Assembly (NCBI GenBank): GCA_963816395.1
Contig: CAWFKQ010000006.1
Location: 160,001 to 224,000 of the forward strand
DNA: 64,000 bases
Source: an uncultured delta proteobacterium
Lineage (GTDB): Bacteria; Desulfobacterota; Desulfuromonadia; Desulfuromonadales; JACZKF01
Reading direction: 5' to 3'
How positions within the stretch are numbered: position 1 is the stretch's first letter; every line of letters starts with the position of its first letter. Of this stretch, positions 62,575-64,000 are shown in pieces. Made by a program: the position numbers and the translations under genes. The notes beneath the pieces are model-generated. The model was not told the origin of the DNA, did not search any database, and was given only the letters and a program-made list of their open reading frames with translations.

Positions 62575-62751
62575 TTTCCGCCCGGAAACGGTCCTTTTCC
62601 GCCGTAGCGGCGTCAATCTGCGGGCTTGCTTGTGCGGCGTACCGATGTACGCCTCCGCGCAATCCCTTGATTTCCTTGCTACAACGAAAAATTCCTCGTT
62701 TCCGATCCGGTCCAATAGGTCTTATAAATCCTATCGGACCTCTGTTTGTTT

Positions 62752-63930
62752 TCAGATCAGGTCTTTGAGCCACCTGAATGCTACCAGGGTGCCGATCGCC
62801 GAGCCGATGGAGGAGAAGAAGAAGACCAGCAGGACCCGGGTCAGGCGGTTCCCCCACCAGCCGCGCACGGTGGCCAGATCGTCGCCGACGCACTCCAGGT
62901 CGCGCACCGTCGGGGCGGCGACAAAAGCCTGCACCAGGCCGGTGACGAAGCCGGCGCCGATGGTCGGGTTGAGGGAGGTGATCGGGGCGGCGATGAAGGC
63001 GGCGACCACGGTCAGGGGATGGCCGAGAGCAATGACGGTGCCGAGGGATGCCAGCAGGCCGTTGGCCAGAACCCAGGCGACGGCGGCCCCGGCCAGTCGC
63101 TGCCGGTCGCCGAGGAAGAAACCGACGATGAAAAGGGCGAAGACCACCGCCGGGACGATCCAGGGAAGGGCCCGGGCGAGGGAGGATTTCGGATGGTATG
63201 GTGGAGATTTCGGCGATCTCCTCCGGCCGGCTCTCCGCCGGCAGTTGGCGAAGCAGGCCGGGGACGTGCGCCGCTCCCACCACCGCTACCACCTTTTGCC
63301 CGGGTGCCTGGCGGATGTAATGGGCCATGTAGCGGTCGCGCTCGTCGACCAGGATGGTCTTTGACCGAAGGCAGCAGGTCCCCCATCTCTTCCAGCATGG
63401 CGGAAAGGGTATCGGACTGCCGCAGGCGTGCGAGTTCCGCCTCATCGAGTTTCTGTTTCTCGAACAGGCTGGCAAGCAGGGTGGCCAGCAGGTTCATCCT
63501 TTTCCACCATCCCGTCTTGCGCCAGGCCCGCAACAGGGTAGTGCGCAGTTCGCGGTCCACCAGGCGGACGGCGATTCCCCGCTCCTCGGCCAGATCGGCG
63601 GCCGCGGCAAGTTCCGCCCCCGGCTTGACTCCTGTCTGCAGCCCCATCCTCTTCTGGAAGGAGGCAAGAACCAGGTTGGCGAGGAGAAAAGGTCCCTGCC
63701 CTCGGCGGATTGCCTGCACCAGGTTGAGGGATTGCCAGCGGTTCCGGTCCTGCAGGGCATGCCGGCGCTGATGCGTCGAGTTCGACACATACGCAATCCG
63801 GCGCCTCCGCCTCGATCACCTGGCGCACGGTATCCACCGAATCCTGGGAAATATGGGCGGTCCCGACCAGGACGAACTCCCTGCCGTCGAGAAAAAGGCG
63901 TTGAATGTCAGATGGGTTTTCGTTGCTCAT
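62752..63930 (-). CDS. TraB/GumN (pheromone-shutdown-like) family protein; about 3 frameshifts
   Basis: VGTAHIS, CVELD, GVKPGAE, LVDERD.YM, VVGAAH, C-terminal TMs with APITSLNP. Confidence 0.88.
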
Positions 63931-64000
63931 GGTATCCCGCTGTCCCTGTGGAAGTTTAAGCTCAGATGATATCACAGAATCGCACCCGGCACGGTCGGCA

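Noticed and set aside
62752..63930. Conjugation gene implied by the name TraB
   Set aside because: TraB/GumN family is a chromosomal metalloprotease-like family; no transfer genes nearby

Overview
High-GC bacterial chromosome segment, most consistent with a Desulfuromonadales (Desulfuromonas/Geobacter/Pelobacter-like) anaerobe, inferred from the Ehr complex, the pta/ackA/ferredoxin block and the intergenic oligomer repeats. In order: the tail of an Ech-hydrogenase-related (Ehr) operon whose large subunit lacks the Ni-Fe cysteines (1-4.8 kb); small metal/redox and housekeeping genes (4.9-13.5 kb); a folD-metV-metF-gcvT-gcvH-gcvPA-gcvPB one-carbon run; tonB, pta, ackA, ferredoxin, tatA, hpt, gshB; and tRNA-Arg(CCG). 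Directly downstream lies a ~23 kb same-strand type II FAS/PKS lipid cluster (29.5-52.6 kb) with aryl-polyene/flexirubin-type export and attachment genes but no aryl-starter genes. It has 4 active KS, 2 CLF-like subunits, 2 ACPs, a phytoene-desaturase-like flavoprotein, three tandem B12-dependent radical SAM enzymes bracketed by nested inverted repeats, and a PagL-like protein. This ladderane-candidate-like cluster is the most interesting element. The rest holds stress genes (PRC-barrel, BON, a ligand-deficient Cu/Zn SOD), NAD salvage genes, ybaK, a rhomboid protease, an SSADH-like dehydrogenase and TraB. Caveat: about 30 or more single-base frameshifts, many in ordinary housekeeping genes, indicate an unpolished long-read assembly, so split or fused ORFs are treated as probable sequence errors. 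All family calls are from motif recognition by eye, not database searches.
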